59,260 bases of DNA. Source: Myxococcota bacterium (GTDB lineage Bacteria > Myxococcota > XYA12-FULL-58-9 > JALHOP01). Under the pieces are notes generated by a model. It did not search any database. It was not told the DNA's origin and saw only the letters and a list, made by a program, of their open reading frames with translations. The translations under genes were made by a program, and so were the position numbers. The DNA lies in NCBI GenBank assembly GCA_041288095.1, contig JBGGMJ010000126.1, positions 1 through 59,260 of the forward strand. The letters run 5' to 3'. Positions within the stretch are counted from its first letter, which is position 1. Every line of letters starts with the position of its first letter. Shown in pieces: positions 38,253-47,912 of this stretch.

Positions 38253-40175
38253 ATGGCGAAAGTCATCGGAATCGACCTGGGCACGACCAATAGCGTCGTC
38301 GCCATCATGGAAGGGTCGCAGCCCAAGGTGATCACCAACGAAGAGGGCGCCCGCACGACCCCATCCGTCGTCGCCTTCGGCAAAGACGAAGAGGTCCTGG
38401 TCGGCCAGGTCGCCCGCCGTCAGGCCATCACCAACCCCGAAAACACCGTCTTCTCGATCAAACGCTTCATGGGCCGACGCATGGACGAGGTGCCCGACGA
38501 GGTCCGTCGCGTACCCTACAAGGTCGAGCGCGGTCAGAACGACCTCGCCATCGTCGAGCTGCGCGGCAAGAAGTACGCGCCGCCGGAGATCAGCGCCAAG
38601 GTCCTGCAGAAGCTCAAGCGCGCCGCCGAGCAGTACCTCGGCGAGACCGTGACCGAAGCAGTCATCACGGTTCCGGCGTACTTCAACGACGCCCAACGCC
38701 AAGCCACGAAAGACGCGGGCAAGATCGCCGGCCTCGACGTCAAGCGCATCGTCAACGAGCCGACTGCGGCCGCTTTGGCGTACGGCCTCGACAAGAAGAA
38801 GGACGAGGTCGTCGCCGTTTACGACTTCGGTGGCGGTACGTTCGACATCTCGATTCTCGAGGTTGGCGAGAACGTCGTCGAGGTCTTGTCGACCAATGGC
38901 GACACGCACTTGGGTGGCGACGACTTCGACCAGCGCATCATCGACTACCTGGTTGCCGAGTTCAAAAAGGACCAGGGCATCGATGTCAGCAAAGACAAGA
39001 TGGTCATGCAGCGCCTCAAGGAGGCCGCCGAGAAAGCCAAGATCGAGCTCTCGAGCGTGAGCGAGACCGACATCAACCTGCCGTTCCTCACGGCGGACGC
39101 GAGCGGTCCCAAGCACATGAACATGAAGCTGTCGCGCGCCAAGCTCGAGAGCCTCATTCACGATTTGATCGAGCGATCGATCGAGCCCTGCCAGAAGGCG
39201 CTCAAGGATTCGAACAAGGCGGCGAGCGAGATCGACGAGGTTATTCTCGTCGGTGGCTCGACGCGCGTGCCGCTCGTGCAAGAGACCGTGCGCAAGGTGT
39301 TCGGCAAGGAGCCCAACCGCTCGGTGAACCCCGACGAAGTCGTCGCGGTCGGCGCGGCGGTGCAAGCGGGCGTCTTGTCGGGCGAGGTCAAGGACCTCTT
39401 GCTCCTCGACGTCACGCCGCTGTCGCTCGGCATCGAGACGTTGGGTGGCGTGATGACCACGCTCATCCCGCGCAACACGACGATTCCCACGAAGAAGAGC
39501 GAGGTCTTCTCGACCGCCGCCGACAGTCAGCCCTCCGTCGAGGTGCATGTCTGCCAGGGTGAGCGTCCGATGGCGGGTCAGAACCGCACGCTGGGCCGCT
39601 TCCACCTGGACGGCATCACACCGGCGCCGCGTGGCGTGCCGCAGATCGAGGTCACGTTCGACATCGACGCGAACGGCATCGTTCACGTCGCCGCGCGCGA
39701 CAAGGCGACCAACAAAGAGCAGCGCATTCGTATCGAGGCGGGCACCGGTCTGTCGGACAACGACGTCATGCGGATGGTCAACGACGCGAAGGACCACGAG
39801 GCCGGCGACAAGAAGAAGAAGGAAGAGATCGAGCTGCGCAACAAGGCCGACTCTCTTGCCTATCAGGTCGAGCGCTCGCTCGCGGATCACAAGGACAAGC
39901 TCGACGAGGAGACCCGCAAGGACCTCGAAGAGAAGGTGCAGAAGGTTCGCGACGCGGTCGCCTCCGGCGATGCCACGCGCATGAAGACCGAGATGGACGC
40001 GCTCACCGCGGCCTCGCACAAGATGGCCGAGAAGATGTACGCGGCCGCCTCCGATGCGGCGAACAGCAGCCCGACTCCGGGTGCCGGCGAAGCACAGCCA
40101 CCGCCCCCGGGAGCGCAGGGCAATCCGGCGACCGGCGGCAAGGTCGTCGACGCCGAGTTCGAAGACACCAACTAG
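38253..40175 (+). CDS. dnaK: Chaperone DnaK (Hsp70)
   Basis: Motifs [32 protein letters not shown] and terminal VVDAEFE; AGGAG RBS. Confidence 0.99.
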   Translation: MAKVIGIDLGTTNSVVAIMEGSQPKVITNEEGARTTPSVVAFGKDEEVLVGQVARRQAITNPENTVFSIKRFMGRRMDEVPDEVRRVPYKVERGQNDLAIVELRGKKYAPPEISAKVLQKLKRAAEQYLGETVTEAVITVPAYFNDAQRQATKDAGKIAGLDVKRIVNEPTAAALAYGLDKKKDEVVAVYDFGGGTFDISILEVGENVVEVLSTNGDTHLGGDDFDQRIIDYLVAEFKKDQGIDVSKDKMVMQRLKEAAEKAKIELSSVSETDINLPFLTADASGPKHMNMKLSRAKLESLIHDLIERSIEPCQKALKDSNKAASEIDEVILVGGSTRVPLVQETVRKVFGKEPNRSVNPDEVVAVGAAVQAGVLSGEVKDLLLLDVTPLSLGIETLGGVMTTLIPRNTTIPTKKSEVFSTAADSQPSVEVHVCQGERPMAGQNRTLGRFHLDGITPAPRGVPQIEVTFDIDANGIVHVAARDKATNKEQRIRIEAGTGLSDNDVMRMVNDAKDHEAGDKKKKEEIELRNKADSLAYQVERSLADHKDKLDEETRKDLEEKVQKVRDAVASGDATRMKTEMDALTAASHKMAEKMYAAASDAANSSPTPGAGEAQPPPPGAQGNPATGGKVVDAEFEDTN

Positions 40176-40199
40176 GCCGTATGCTATAGCAGACGAAGT

Positions 40200-40288
40200 C
40201 TAAATGGGGACACCAACCATTTTTCCGCGGGAGCAAAAGTGAGCCTCGGCGGGGAAAAATGGTTGGTGTCCCCAATTTAGTTTTTTTT
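40200..40288 (+). repeat. REP-doublet-like inverted repeat, probably also the dnaK terminator
   Basis: CTAAAT-GGGGACACCAACCATTTTTCC (40200..40226) inverts to 40253..40280 with one indel and is followed by T8. Each arm has its own AAATGG/CCA(A)TTT hairpin. Confidence 0.75.
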
Positions 40289-40405
40289 GCTGGTCTAATC
40301 CGGCGAACGTTGGGCGGTTTTCGCGACGCGTCAGGATTCGGGGTTGATCGGCGTGCGGACGCGCGCAAAGGTCGCCGCTCACTTTTTCAACCAGGAGCCG
40401 TATCG

Positions 40406-41227
40406 ATGGCGTTCATCACGACGAAGGATAAGGCGGAGATCTTCTTCAAGGACTGGGGCAAGGGACAGCCGGTCGTGTTCAGCCACGGTTGGCCGCTCTG
40501 CGCCGACGCTTGGGACGATCAGATGGAGTTCATGGCGCGTAACGGATTCCGCGCCATTGCCCATGATCGCCGCGGCCACGGCCGCTCGACGCAGACATGG
40601 GAAGGCAACGAGATGAACACGTACGCCGACGACCTGGCGATGTTGTTCGACAAGCTCGACCTGAAGGACGCGATCATGGTCGGACACTCGACCGGTGGCG
40701 GCGAGGTTGCTCGCTATCTCGGACGCCACGGCACCAAGCGCGTCGCCAAGGCGGTGCTGATCGGCGCCGTCCCACCCATCATGCTCAAGACCGCCAGCAG
40801 TCCGAACGGCTTGCCGCTCGAGGCCTTCGACAACATCCGCAATGGCGTATCGGCGGACCGGGCGCAGTTCTACAAGGATCTGACCACGCCGTTCTTCGGC
40901 GCCAACCGGCCCGGCGCGCAGGTCTCGCAAGGGGTTCGCGACACGTTCTGGCTGCAGGGCATGATGGGCGGCTTGAAGCCGCAGCTCGACTGCATCAAGG
41001 CGTTCTCCGAGACCGACTTCACCGAGGATCTGAAGAAGATCGACGTGCCGACGTTGTTCATTCATGGCGACGACGACCAAATCGTTCCCATCGATGCCTC
41101 GGCGCGTCGCGCCGCGGAGCTGGTGAAGGGCTCGAAGCTCAAGGTCTACAAGGGTGGCGACCACGGTCTCGCGGTCACGCACAAGGCCGAGCTCAACAAC
41201 GACCTCTTGGCGTTCGCCAAGGGCTAG
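40406..41227 (+). CDS. Non-heme chloroperoxidase/arylesterase-type alpha/beta hydrolase
   Basis: Motifs [34 protein letters not shown] and [12 protein letters not shown] 40406 after AGGAG. Confidence 0.93.
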   Translation: MAFITTKDKAEIFFKDWGKGQPVVFSHGWPLCADAWDDQMEFMARNGFRAIAHDRRGHGRSTQTWEGNEMNTYADDLAMLFDKLDLKDAIMVGHSTGGGEVARYLGRHGTKRVAKAVLIGAVPPIMLKTASSPNGLPLEAFDNIRNGVSADRAQFYKDLTTPFFGANRPGAQVSQGVRDTFWLQGMMGGLKPQLDCIKAFSETDFTEDLKKIDVPTLFIHGDDDQIVPIDASARRAAELVKGSKLKVYKGGDHGLAVTHKAELNNDLLAFAKG

Positions 41228-41961
41228 ACGCGGGCGACCCGTAGCGCGAGCGGCCAGCGGATTTCGACCCGCTGGTCGCCTATGGCGGCCGTGACCTCTT
41301 CGTGGAATTTCGCGAAGGGCTCACGGCCTAGCTTTTTCTCGGCGGGGCGGATCGCCGACCACGTGGAGATGTATCCAAGGAGCTCGTGCGCTCCCCAGTG
41401 CGCGCGCATGGCGATGGCCGGCGCGGTTGTTTCAGCGAACGGGAAGGGCAGGTCTCGGTAGCCGTTCTCGACGTGAGCGCGCTCCGGTGGCCAGAACGGG
41501 CCGACGACCTCGTGGTAGAACGTGGCGACGAGCTCGCCCAACGGGCCGTCCGCTTCGGTGATGCCGTAGGTAATGAGCGCTATGACGGCGTCTTGCTTGG
41601 CGATGCGGCGCACCTCACCGTAGAACGCGGGCAAGTCGAACCAATGCGCGGCCTGGGCGACTGTCACCAGATCGGTGCTGCTCGCCGCGAGGCCGGAATG
41701 TTCCGCCGGCAGTGCCGCGTACGTGACCCTTGGGTGCGGTGCGGCCTTGGCGATCTGCTCAGCGCTGGCATCGGTGGCCCGCACGCGAGCATAGCGGTCG
41801 GCGAGCAAGACCGAGAGCTGGCCGGTACCGCAGCCGGCGTCATAGGCGAGGTCGTGCGCTCCACCGAGCGACGCCAGGTAGTCGACGAGCTCGCGCGGAT
41901 ACGTCGGCCGGAAGGAGGCGTAGTCGGCCGCGTGCGAGGAGAAGTGGTCCTTGAAGGTCAC
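41224..41961 (-). CDS. Class I SAM-dependent methyltransferase
   Basis: Motifs [21 protein letters not shown] and [12 protein letters not shown] start after GGAGG. Confidence 0.92.
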   Translation of the reverse strand: MTFKDHFSSHAADYASFRPTYPRELVDYLASLGGAHDLAYDAGCGTGQLSVLLADRYARVRATDASAEQIAKAAPHPRVTYAALPAEHSGLAASSTDLVTVAQAAHWFDLPAFYGEVRRIAKQDAVIALITYGITEADGPLGELVATFYHEVVGPFWPPERAHVENGYRDLPFPFAETTAPAIAMRAHWGAHELLGYISTWSAIRPAEKKLGREPFAKFHEEVTAAIGDQRVEIRWPLALRVARV

Positions 41962-42138
41962 CCAACCTCCATAAGCACTTCACGAACCGCGACCGCAAGC
42001 GCGGCCGTGGAGGCCGCGCAACGATGTCAGGGTGCCACGACCCCAGTCGGTTTTGGCGGCTTACCAGCTGATGTGGGCGTAGCGACCTCAACCCGGACGG
42101 ATTGTGGTGGAGTAGGTCATACGCGGGTTGCGAAGCCC

Positions 42139-42165
42139 GCAATGTGCGTCGAAACTTGCCGATAG
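42139..42165 (+). promoter_or_regulatory. sigma28-like motif GCAA-N15-GCCGATAG
   Basis: Recurrent motif 10 nt upstream of ATG 42176. Confidence 0.6.
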
Positions 42166-42175
42166 ATTGCGCCGA

Positions 42176-43135
42176 ATGACTGGAACTGAAGAGCCTGTTC
42201 GCAAACTGCGACCCCTCATCGCGGTCGTGATGGGCACGGCTATCGCCGGGGGCATCGCGGCCGCCATCGTCATGCCGCGAATCGTGCAGGACCCCGTGGC
42301 TCGGGATGAGCGTGCGCGCGGGCCGCGCACTGTCGACACCGTGATCGTGCAGGCCGCGCCGTCGACCATCAATCTCGCGCTCGACGGCACCGCCGCGCCG
42401 ATCGCTTCGCAGCAGCTGCACGCGCGGGCCGCGGGTGTCGTCGAGTCGGTCACAGCCTCGCTGGGTGATCGCGTGACCCGAGGTCAGCCGCTCGCGACCG
42501 TTTCGGTGCGTGTGCCCGCTACAGCGGACATGCCGACGATTGGCGCCACCGATACGTTGCTCGCGCCGTTCGACGGTTTGATCACGCGGCGCAATGTCGA
42601 GGTGGGCGCGAAGGTCACCGACAGCAGCGGCCCACTGTTCGAGATCTCCGACGTCGGCATCCTGAAGGTCTACGTCGACGTGCCGCAGACGCTGGCGCCC
42701 TGGGTGAAGGTCGGCGAATCGGTGGCGGTCACCGCGCGGGCCGTGTCCTTCGCGACCATCACGGGCCATGTGGCTCGCACCGCCGGCGCGCTCGACGCGC
42801 AGACGCACACGCTGCGCCTCGAAGTGCAGATGCCGGGAGAGCGCTTGCTCGCCGGTTCCGCGGTCACCGTCCGTTTCGCGGTCAAGCGCGAAGTCACGCC
42901 GCCGATGATCCCGGCGCGCGCCCTGGTTTTTGGCAACAAGTGGCCGCGCGTCGTCCGCATCGTCGACGGCCGTGCCCGTTACTCGACCGTCGAGCTCGGC
43001 TGGGACCGGGGCGGCGACGTCGAGATTGCCGGCGGGCTCGAGGTCGGCGACGTCGTGGCCGTCAGCGCCCCCGACAACATCCGCGAAGGCGAGCCGCTCG
43101 TCCTGCAAGAGACCAAGACCACCGCTGCACGCTAG
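42176..43135 (+). CDS. RND efflux periplasmic adaptor (membrane fusion protein)-like
   Basis: N-terminal TM helix, lipoyl halves (ARAAGVV...GDRV..GQPL / APFDG.IT.RNVE.G), beta-barrel (L.VYVDVPQ) and membrane-proximal domain (GL..GD.V). Confidence 0.82.
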   Translation: MTGTEEPVRKLRPLIAVVMGTAIAGGIAAAIVMPRIVQDPVARDERARGPRTVDTVIVQAAPSTINLALDGTAAPIASQQLHARAAGVVESVTASLGDRVTRGQPLATVSVRVPATADMPTIGATDTLLAPFDGLITRRNVEVGAKVTDSSGPLFEISDVGILKVYVDVPQTLAPWVKVGESVAVTARAVSFATITGHVARTAGALDAQTHTLRLEVQMPGERLLAGSAVTVRFAVKREVTPPMIPARALVFGNKWPRVVRIVDGRARYSTVELGWDRGGDVEIAGGLEVGDVVAVSAPDNIREGEPLVLQETKTTAAR

Positions 43136-44610
43136 GCCGGTGCGAACAGCTCGGGGATGGTCGCGCTGATCTCGCCCAAAGGCCCGGTATGGCCGGCGGC
43201 GCGCATCGCGCTCAACGTGACGCTCGCTGGGTGGCGTCCGTTGCCGCGGACGTGTTGTCCCGGGCGGAGACCGCCGGCGCGGCCCGCGATCAGCGCCGCC
43301 ATGTTCTCGGTCGAGTGCGAGCTATTCAACGCCGACCCCGGCGCCTCGCTCGCATCGACGCCGTAACCACCTTCGTGGTGCATCACGAGCACGGTGTTCT
43401 CCAGCATGCTCTGCGCGCCCTCGCGCGTGTCGCGAATCTTGGCGACGAGGTACGCGAAGTGCTTGTTGTGCCAAGCGATGGCGTCGGCCATTTCGCGGGT
43501 CGTGCCCTTGCCGTGCCCGATCTCGTGCAGATCGGACTGGACGCCGATGAGCGGATAGAAGTTCATCCACGAGTGGAAATGCGTGAACATGAGCGACACC
43601 GAGCGCGTCAGGTCACAGGCGAGCGCCACGTGGACGAGGTCGCAGAACAAGCGGGCGCGCAGCTCTTCGTTCGAATAGCCGCTGTTGGTCGTGTAGTCAC
43701 CCGATGGGCGCTCACCGCCGATCGGCGGGTCGTTCGCGTACGCCGGGGGCTGGACGCAGACCGCCGTCTGTTCGGGAGGTAACGCCGCGATGCCGCGCTC
43801 GAGCGCGTAGATCTCCTCGAGGTGGCTCTGCAGCCGTTGCTGATCATCGCGCCCCAAGCGCTGCATGAGCCGTTGTGCGTTACCGCGGACGAGGTCGACG
43901 ACGCTCCGCCTTCCCGCGTTGCGGTAGTCGCGGAGCTCGGCGTCGCCGTCGGTCGTCGGACGGAAGCTGCGGAACAAGGTATCGTAAGCTTGCTTCGGGC
44001 TGATGACGGGATCGACACGGGTCGCCAGGGTGCCGCCCGGGGCAAGGCGATACGAGACGGCGCCGCGGTTCGGGTCCGAGCTGATGTAGGACGACACCTG
44101 GACGCGGTAGACGAGCGACTTGAACTGGGTCGCTGAAGCGGACATGTCGGCCATGACCTGGTCCGCGGTAGTGCCGTAGACCCGCGCCTGAAACTCGCTC
44201 GGCGCGGTGCGCACACCGGCGAGCATCGGGCTCATCATGGTTTCGTGATGGTTGTTGGGACGGCCGCCCGACGGCACGGTACCGCCGTTTTCACCAGCCC
44301 AAGGGATCTTCAGGCCGGTCACCACGGAGATCTCGTTCTTGATGTTGTCGTGGCTCGCGAAGGGCGCCAAGGCGCGCTTCAAGTCGTAGTTGGCGCCAAC
44401 GGTGCTCGGCACGTAGGTCTCGCTGATGGGCACGCTGCCCGAGCCCAGCGAGCAGCCCGCGGTGCACACCACGAAGCGCTTCGGCATCGGCGATGCCGTC
44501 TGCGCCAGGGCCTCGCCGTTCGCATCGAGCATCGCTTCGAGAACCGGCAAGCCGACGACGGCGCCACCGACACCGGCCAAAAAGGCACGACGACCCAATC
44601 GGATGCTCAT
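43132..44610 (-). CDS. DUF1552 domain protein (Tat signal)
   Basis: RRAFLAGVG....LP.LEAM, TTADQ, RRSVVD.V, D..RL..HL..I..LE and ALACDLTR. Confidence 0.88.
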   Translation of the reverse strand: MSIRLGRRAFLAGVGGAVVGLPVLEAMLDANGEALAQTASPMPKRFVVCTAGCSLGSGSVPISETYVPSTVGANYDLKRALAPFASHDNIKNEISVVTGLKIPWAGENGGTVPSGGRPNNHHETMMSPMLAGVRTAPSEFQARVYGTTADQVMADMSASATQFKSLVYRVQVSSYISSDPNRGAVSYRLAPGGTLATRVDPVISPKQAYDTLFRSFRPTTDGDAELRDYRNAGRRSVVDLVRGNAQRLMQRLGRDDQQRLQSHLEEIYALERGIAALPPEQTAVCVQPPAYANDPPIGGERPSGDYTTNSGYSNEELRARLFCDLVHVALACDLTRSVSLMFTHFHSWMNFYPLIGVQSDLHEIGHGKGTTREMADAIAWHNKHFAYLVAKIRDTREGAQSMLENTVLVMHHEGGYGVDASEAPGSALNSSHSTENMAALIAGRAGGLRPGQHVRGNGRHPASVTLSAMRAAGHTGPLGEISATIPELFAPA

Positions 44611-46232
44611 CCGTCACTCCTCGAGGTTACACGCGCGAATTGATCGCTCGCGATCAGCGCCAAGAGCAGCTCGCGAAAGTCGTGGCCGCCCGTGGCGAAC
44701 TTGCGCCGCAGCGACTCGATGTAGTCGCGCTCGCCGCGCGACGCTTCGAGACGGCCGTAAGCGAAACGGAAGACCTGCTGCACGACGCAGGCCTCGAGGT
44801 CGCCGCCGTCGACGAGGAGCTGGGCGAGCTCGCCGGGGCCGCGGAAGGGGCCGAGGTCGCCAAGCTCGCCTTCGCCGGTAATGACGCACTCGGGCCGACC
44901 GGCGTCGTGGGTGCGGTACTTGCCGGTGGCATCGAAGCTCTCGAGGCCGAAGCCGACCGGGTCGGTGAGCAGGTGGCAAGCGGCGCAGGCGCCGGCGCGA
45001 TGCACCTCGTAGCGCTCCGCCTTGCACGGGTTCGCGCTCGCCGACACCGGGGGCTCGTCGGCGTTCACTTCCGGCGGTGGCGGCGGGATGGGCTGACACA
45101 TCAAGCGTTCGCGGATGAGGATGCCGCGCTGAGTCGGGCTGGTGTCCGAGAACTTCGCGAAAGCGGACAGGAAGGTGCCCTGCGAGAGAATGCCGCGCCG
45201 GCCGGTGTCACCATAGGGCAGCCACGCCGCTTCCGAGGCGCTCGAAGGAATGCCGTAGTGGGACGCGAGCAGCGGGTCGATGAAGGTCTCGTCGGCGAGG
45301 AAGAGGTTCCAGTAGGAACCACCGCGGTCCAGCACGACGCGCTTCAAGAGGGCAGCGGTTTCGCGGCGCATGGCGGACACCAGCTCTTGTGAGAGGGCCA
45401 TGTTGTCGTAGCCGAGCCACTGCGCGTGGAAGCGGTCGAGTTGCTCCAGCGCGCGCGGGTCGGCGAGCATGCGTCGCGCGACCTCGACGCGAGGGCCCGG
45501 ATCCCGCAGGTGGCCCGCAGCCGCATCGTCGAGCAAGGCGTCGTCCGGCCCGCGGCCCCAGAGGAAGAAGGCCATCCGCGTCGCGAGCTCGAACTCCCCG
45601 AGCAGCGCCGCGTCACCGACCTGTTCGCCGACCTCGACGCGGTAAAGGAGCTCGAAATCCTGCAAGAAGGCCTCGACGACCAGCGCCAAGGAGTCCGCGA
45701 ACGTTGGCGTGAAGGTGTCGTAGTCCAGTTGCGCGACCTCCATGAGTCCGAGATAGCGGTCGACATCGTCGGCGCCGAGAGGGCGGCGAAGCGCCTTGCG
45801 GCCGAAGCTCTCGATGAACTGGCGCATGCAGGCCGCGTCGCTGCGACCACTCGGAACGCAGGGCAAGTAGGCGTCCAAGCGCGCCGCGTCTTGCACGAAG
45901 CGCTTGGCGACGTCGGCGGCGACGAAGGCCGCGGCTTCCACGAACGCCGATGACCCGAGCTGGGTCGTGTAATCGTTTTCGAAGGGATTGCGCGGCGCGC
46001 CGGCGTCTTCCGGGAACATGATGTGCGCGGGCCGCGTGGTATCTCCGAGCAGGTCTTCGACAGTGGCGTCGTACTCCGCCGCGGTCAGCCGCCGGGCTCC
46101 CGTCTCCAAGGCGAAGGGAATCGCGAGGGGCCGTTCGTCCTCTCCAGGTGCCGTACCCGATGGCTCGCCGATGAAGCCGGTGCATGCCGTGAGGGGAGCG
46201 AGCACCATGACGATTGTCGACCGTGACCACAT
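44607..46232 (-). CDS. DUF1592/1588/1595/1587/1585 (PSD/PSCyt) lipoprotein with one CxxCH
   Basis: RRLT..EY..TV.DL, FGRKALRRPL, ELATRMAFFLW...PD, RRGIL, TSPTQRG and CAACH...DP.GF.LESFD..G.YR. LTAC lipobox with the start at ATG 46232 (GGGAG RBS). Confidence 0.88.
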   Translation of the reverse strand: MWSRSTIVMVLAPLTACTGFIGEPSGTAPGEDERPLAIPFALETGARRLTAAEYDATVEDLLGDTTRPAHIMFPEDAGAPRNPFENDYTTQLGSSAFVEAAAFVAADVAKRFVQDAARLDAYLPCVPSGRSDAACMRQFIESFGRKALRRPLGADDVDRYLGLMEVAQLDYDTFTPTFADSLALVVEAFLQDFELLYRVEVGEQVGDAALLGEFELATRMAFFLWGRGPDDALLDDAAAGHLRDPGPRVEVARRMLADPRALEQLDRFHAQWLGYDNMALSQELVSAMRRETAALLKRVVLDRGGSYWNLFLADETFIDPLLASHYGIPSSASEAAWLPYGDTGRRGILSQGTFLSAFAKFSDTSPTQRGILIRERLMCQPIPPPPPEVNADEPPVSASANPCKAERYEVHRAGACAACHLLTDPVGFGLESFDATGKYRTHDAGRPECVITGEGELGDLGPFRGPGELAQLLVDGGDLEACVVQQVFRFAYGRLEASRGERDYIESLRRKFATGGHDFRELLLALIASDQFARVTSRSDG

Positions 46233-46272
46233 GCAAGCGCTCCCTGCGGCGAGCTGGAGGGTTCGTGTAGGG

Positions 46273-46383
46273 GTGCCGGGGGGCGGTGAAACCGGCTCAC
46301 GATCTTTTTCCACGGCTCGCTACGTGCCCGGGCCCTCTGTATATTTCGCGAACGCGTGAGCCGGTTTTGAACCTCGACGACAC
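46273..46383. promoter_or_regulatory. Divergent pair of putative ECF promoters GTGAGCCGGTTT-N11-GxCAC (cassette 3)
   Basis: 13-bp inverted repeat at 46289..46301 / 46355..46367. Each copy is followed by CAC at identical spacing (46381..46383 plus; 46275..46273 minus). Confidence 0.6.
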
Positions 46384-46420
46384 TACTCAGGAGACCGCCG
46401 ATCCGCGGTCGACTGAAGCC

Positions 46421-46912
46421 TTGAAGGTGCTCGATATCGACGTCGTGTTCCGCGAGCAGGCGCGTTTCGTCGCCTGGGTGGCTCTGCGCATTCTCGGGCG
46501 GGACGAAGAAGTCGACGATGTCGTGCAGGAGGTGTTCTTGAGCGCGATGGCTGGCCTCAAGACCCTGCGGGAGCCGGCGGCCGTGAAGGCCTGGCTCAAG
46601 ACGGTCACCGTGCGCACGGCGCGGCGACGCCTCTACAAGCGACGCCTGAAGATGGTATTTCGCCTCGACGACCGGCCGGACGCCGCGGAGCTCGCGAGCG
46701 CCGACGCCAGCCCCGAGGATCAGGCCACTCTGCGCGCCGTGTACGCTATTCTGGATCGAATACCCGTCGAGCAACGCTTGGCGTGGACGCTGCGGCATGT
46801 CGACGGTGAGTCCTTGCCGGCGGTCGCCGCGCTCGTCGGCTGTTCGTTGGCTACTGTCAAACGCCGCATCGCCGCCGCCCAGGAGCGGCTCGACAAGGAG
46901 CTGCGCCCATGA
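46421..46912 (+). CDS. ECF RNA polymerase sigma factor (cassette 3)
   Basis: DDVVQEVFL...L.EP.AV..WL...TVR and region 4 RLAWTLRHVDG.SL..VA..VGCSLATVKRRI; paralogous to cassette 1 sigma. Start uncertain (TTG 46421 or GTG 46427; ORF is open from 46286). Confidence 0.9.
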   Translation: MKVLDIDVVFREQARFVAWVALRILGRDEEVDDVVQEVFLSAMAGLKTLREPAAVKAWLKTVTVRTARRRLYKRRLKMVFRLDDRPDAAELASADASPEDQATLRAVYAILDRIPVEQRLAWTLRHVDGESLPAVAALVGCSLATVKRRIAAAQERLDKELRP

Positions 46913-47910
46913 GCGAGTCTCCAGAGACCCGCGCGCTGCGCGAGAAGATGGCGCTGCGTTGGGACGACCGGCGCCAGGATGCCATCGCGGCCAAGATCGT
47001 CGTCACGCATCGCCGTCGCCGCGTGGTGCGACGCGTCGGTGCGGCGACCGCGGCCATCCTGGTGGTCGCCACGGGTTTTGCCTTGAGCCGCCGCGCCGGC
47101 GGGCCTGAGCAGCAAACCCTCGCCGATGGCTCGACCATCGAGAGACTCGAGAGCGAGACCACGCTTGCCGTGAGCAGCGATGCACCGGGTGAGGTGCGTG
47201 TGAGCCTCGAACGGGGCAGGGCGCGTTTCGCGGTCACCAAGGATCCGAAGCGCGTGTTTCGGGTGCAGTCGGGTGACGTGAGCGTCGTCGTCCTGGGGAC
47301 CGTCTTCGAGGTCGGCCGCGCTGGAGCGCACACCCGCGTGAAGGTGAGCGAGGGACGCGTGCGCGTCACCCGCGGCGAGCTGACGATGCTCTTGGGACCG
47401 GGGGAGGAGCGTGAGCTCGAGACCGTCGCGCCCGCCGCTCCCGATCCAGTCGAGGCTCCCGTGCCGCCGCCCGCGCCCGCACCGCCGGAGCGGACACCCC
47501 CGCCGCTCACGAAGGCCAAAGCGCCGGCCGCGGCCGTACCCACGCTCACCGAGACGTTGTGGGAAGTCGATCGTCTGCGTCTCGCAAAGGACGCCGCCGG
47601 AGCCGCCGAGCTCCTGAAGAAGGCCTTGCGCCGGCACCCGCGCGCCGCGGAGACGCCGCAGGCGACCTTCGTGCTCGGACGCTTGCAGCAGGAGGACCTC
47701 CACGACGCCAAGGCCGCGGCGCGCAGCTTCGCGACGGTGCGCCGGCTCGCGCCGACCTCGCCCATCGCCGAGGATGCGCTGGCGCGTGAGGTCGAGTGCC
47801 TGGTGGCGAGCGGCGATTCCGCTGGCGCTCGGGAGCGGCTTGCGCTTTACGAAGAGGCGTACCCGCGCGGTGCTCACCGCGAGCGCTTGAAAAAGCTCGC
47901 ACCCCGCTGA
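46909..47910 (+). CDS. FecR-domain anti-sigma/sensor with C-terminal TPR-like region
   Basis: TM helix, LADGS...L.RG.ARF.V......F.V.SG...V.VLGT.F.V, Pro linker and AEDALARE...Y...YP.G. ATGA overlap with the sigma gene. Confidence 0.85.
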   Translation: MSESPETRALREKMALRWDDRRQDAIAAKIVVTHRRRRVVRRVGAATAAILVVATGFALSRRAGGPEQQTLADGSTIERLESETTLAVSSDAPGEVRVSLERGRARFAVTKDPKRVFRVQSGDVSVVVLGTVFEVGRAGAHTRVKVSEGRVRVTRGELTMLLGPGEERELETVAPAAPDPVEAPVPPPAPAPPERTPPPLTKAKAPAAAVPTLTETLWEVDRLRLAKDAAGAAELLKKALRRHPRAAETPQATFVLGRLQQEDLHDAKAAARSFATVRRLAPTSPIAEDALAREVECLVASGDSAGARERLALYEEAYPRGAHRERLKKLAPR

Positions 47911-47912
47911 GA

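Noticed and set aside
38232..40019. 595-aa ORF antisense to dnaK, and the many other long antisense ORFs in the track
   Set aside because: These are the familiar shadow ORFs produced by strong GC3 codon bias; the sense-strand genes carry all recognisable motifs.
41962..42140. Intergenic hairpins (GCGCGGCC/GGCCGCGC; GCGGG/CCCGC) suggesting a small RNA
   Set aside because: Short GC-only stems with no second copy or covariation to support them.
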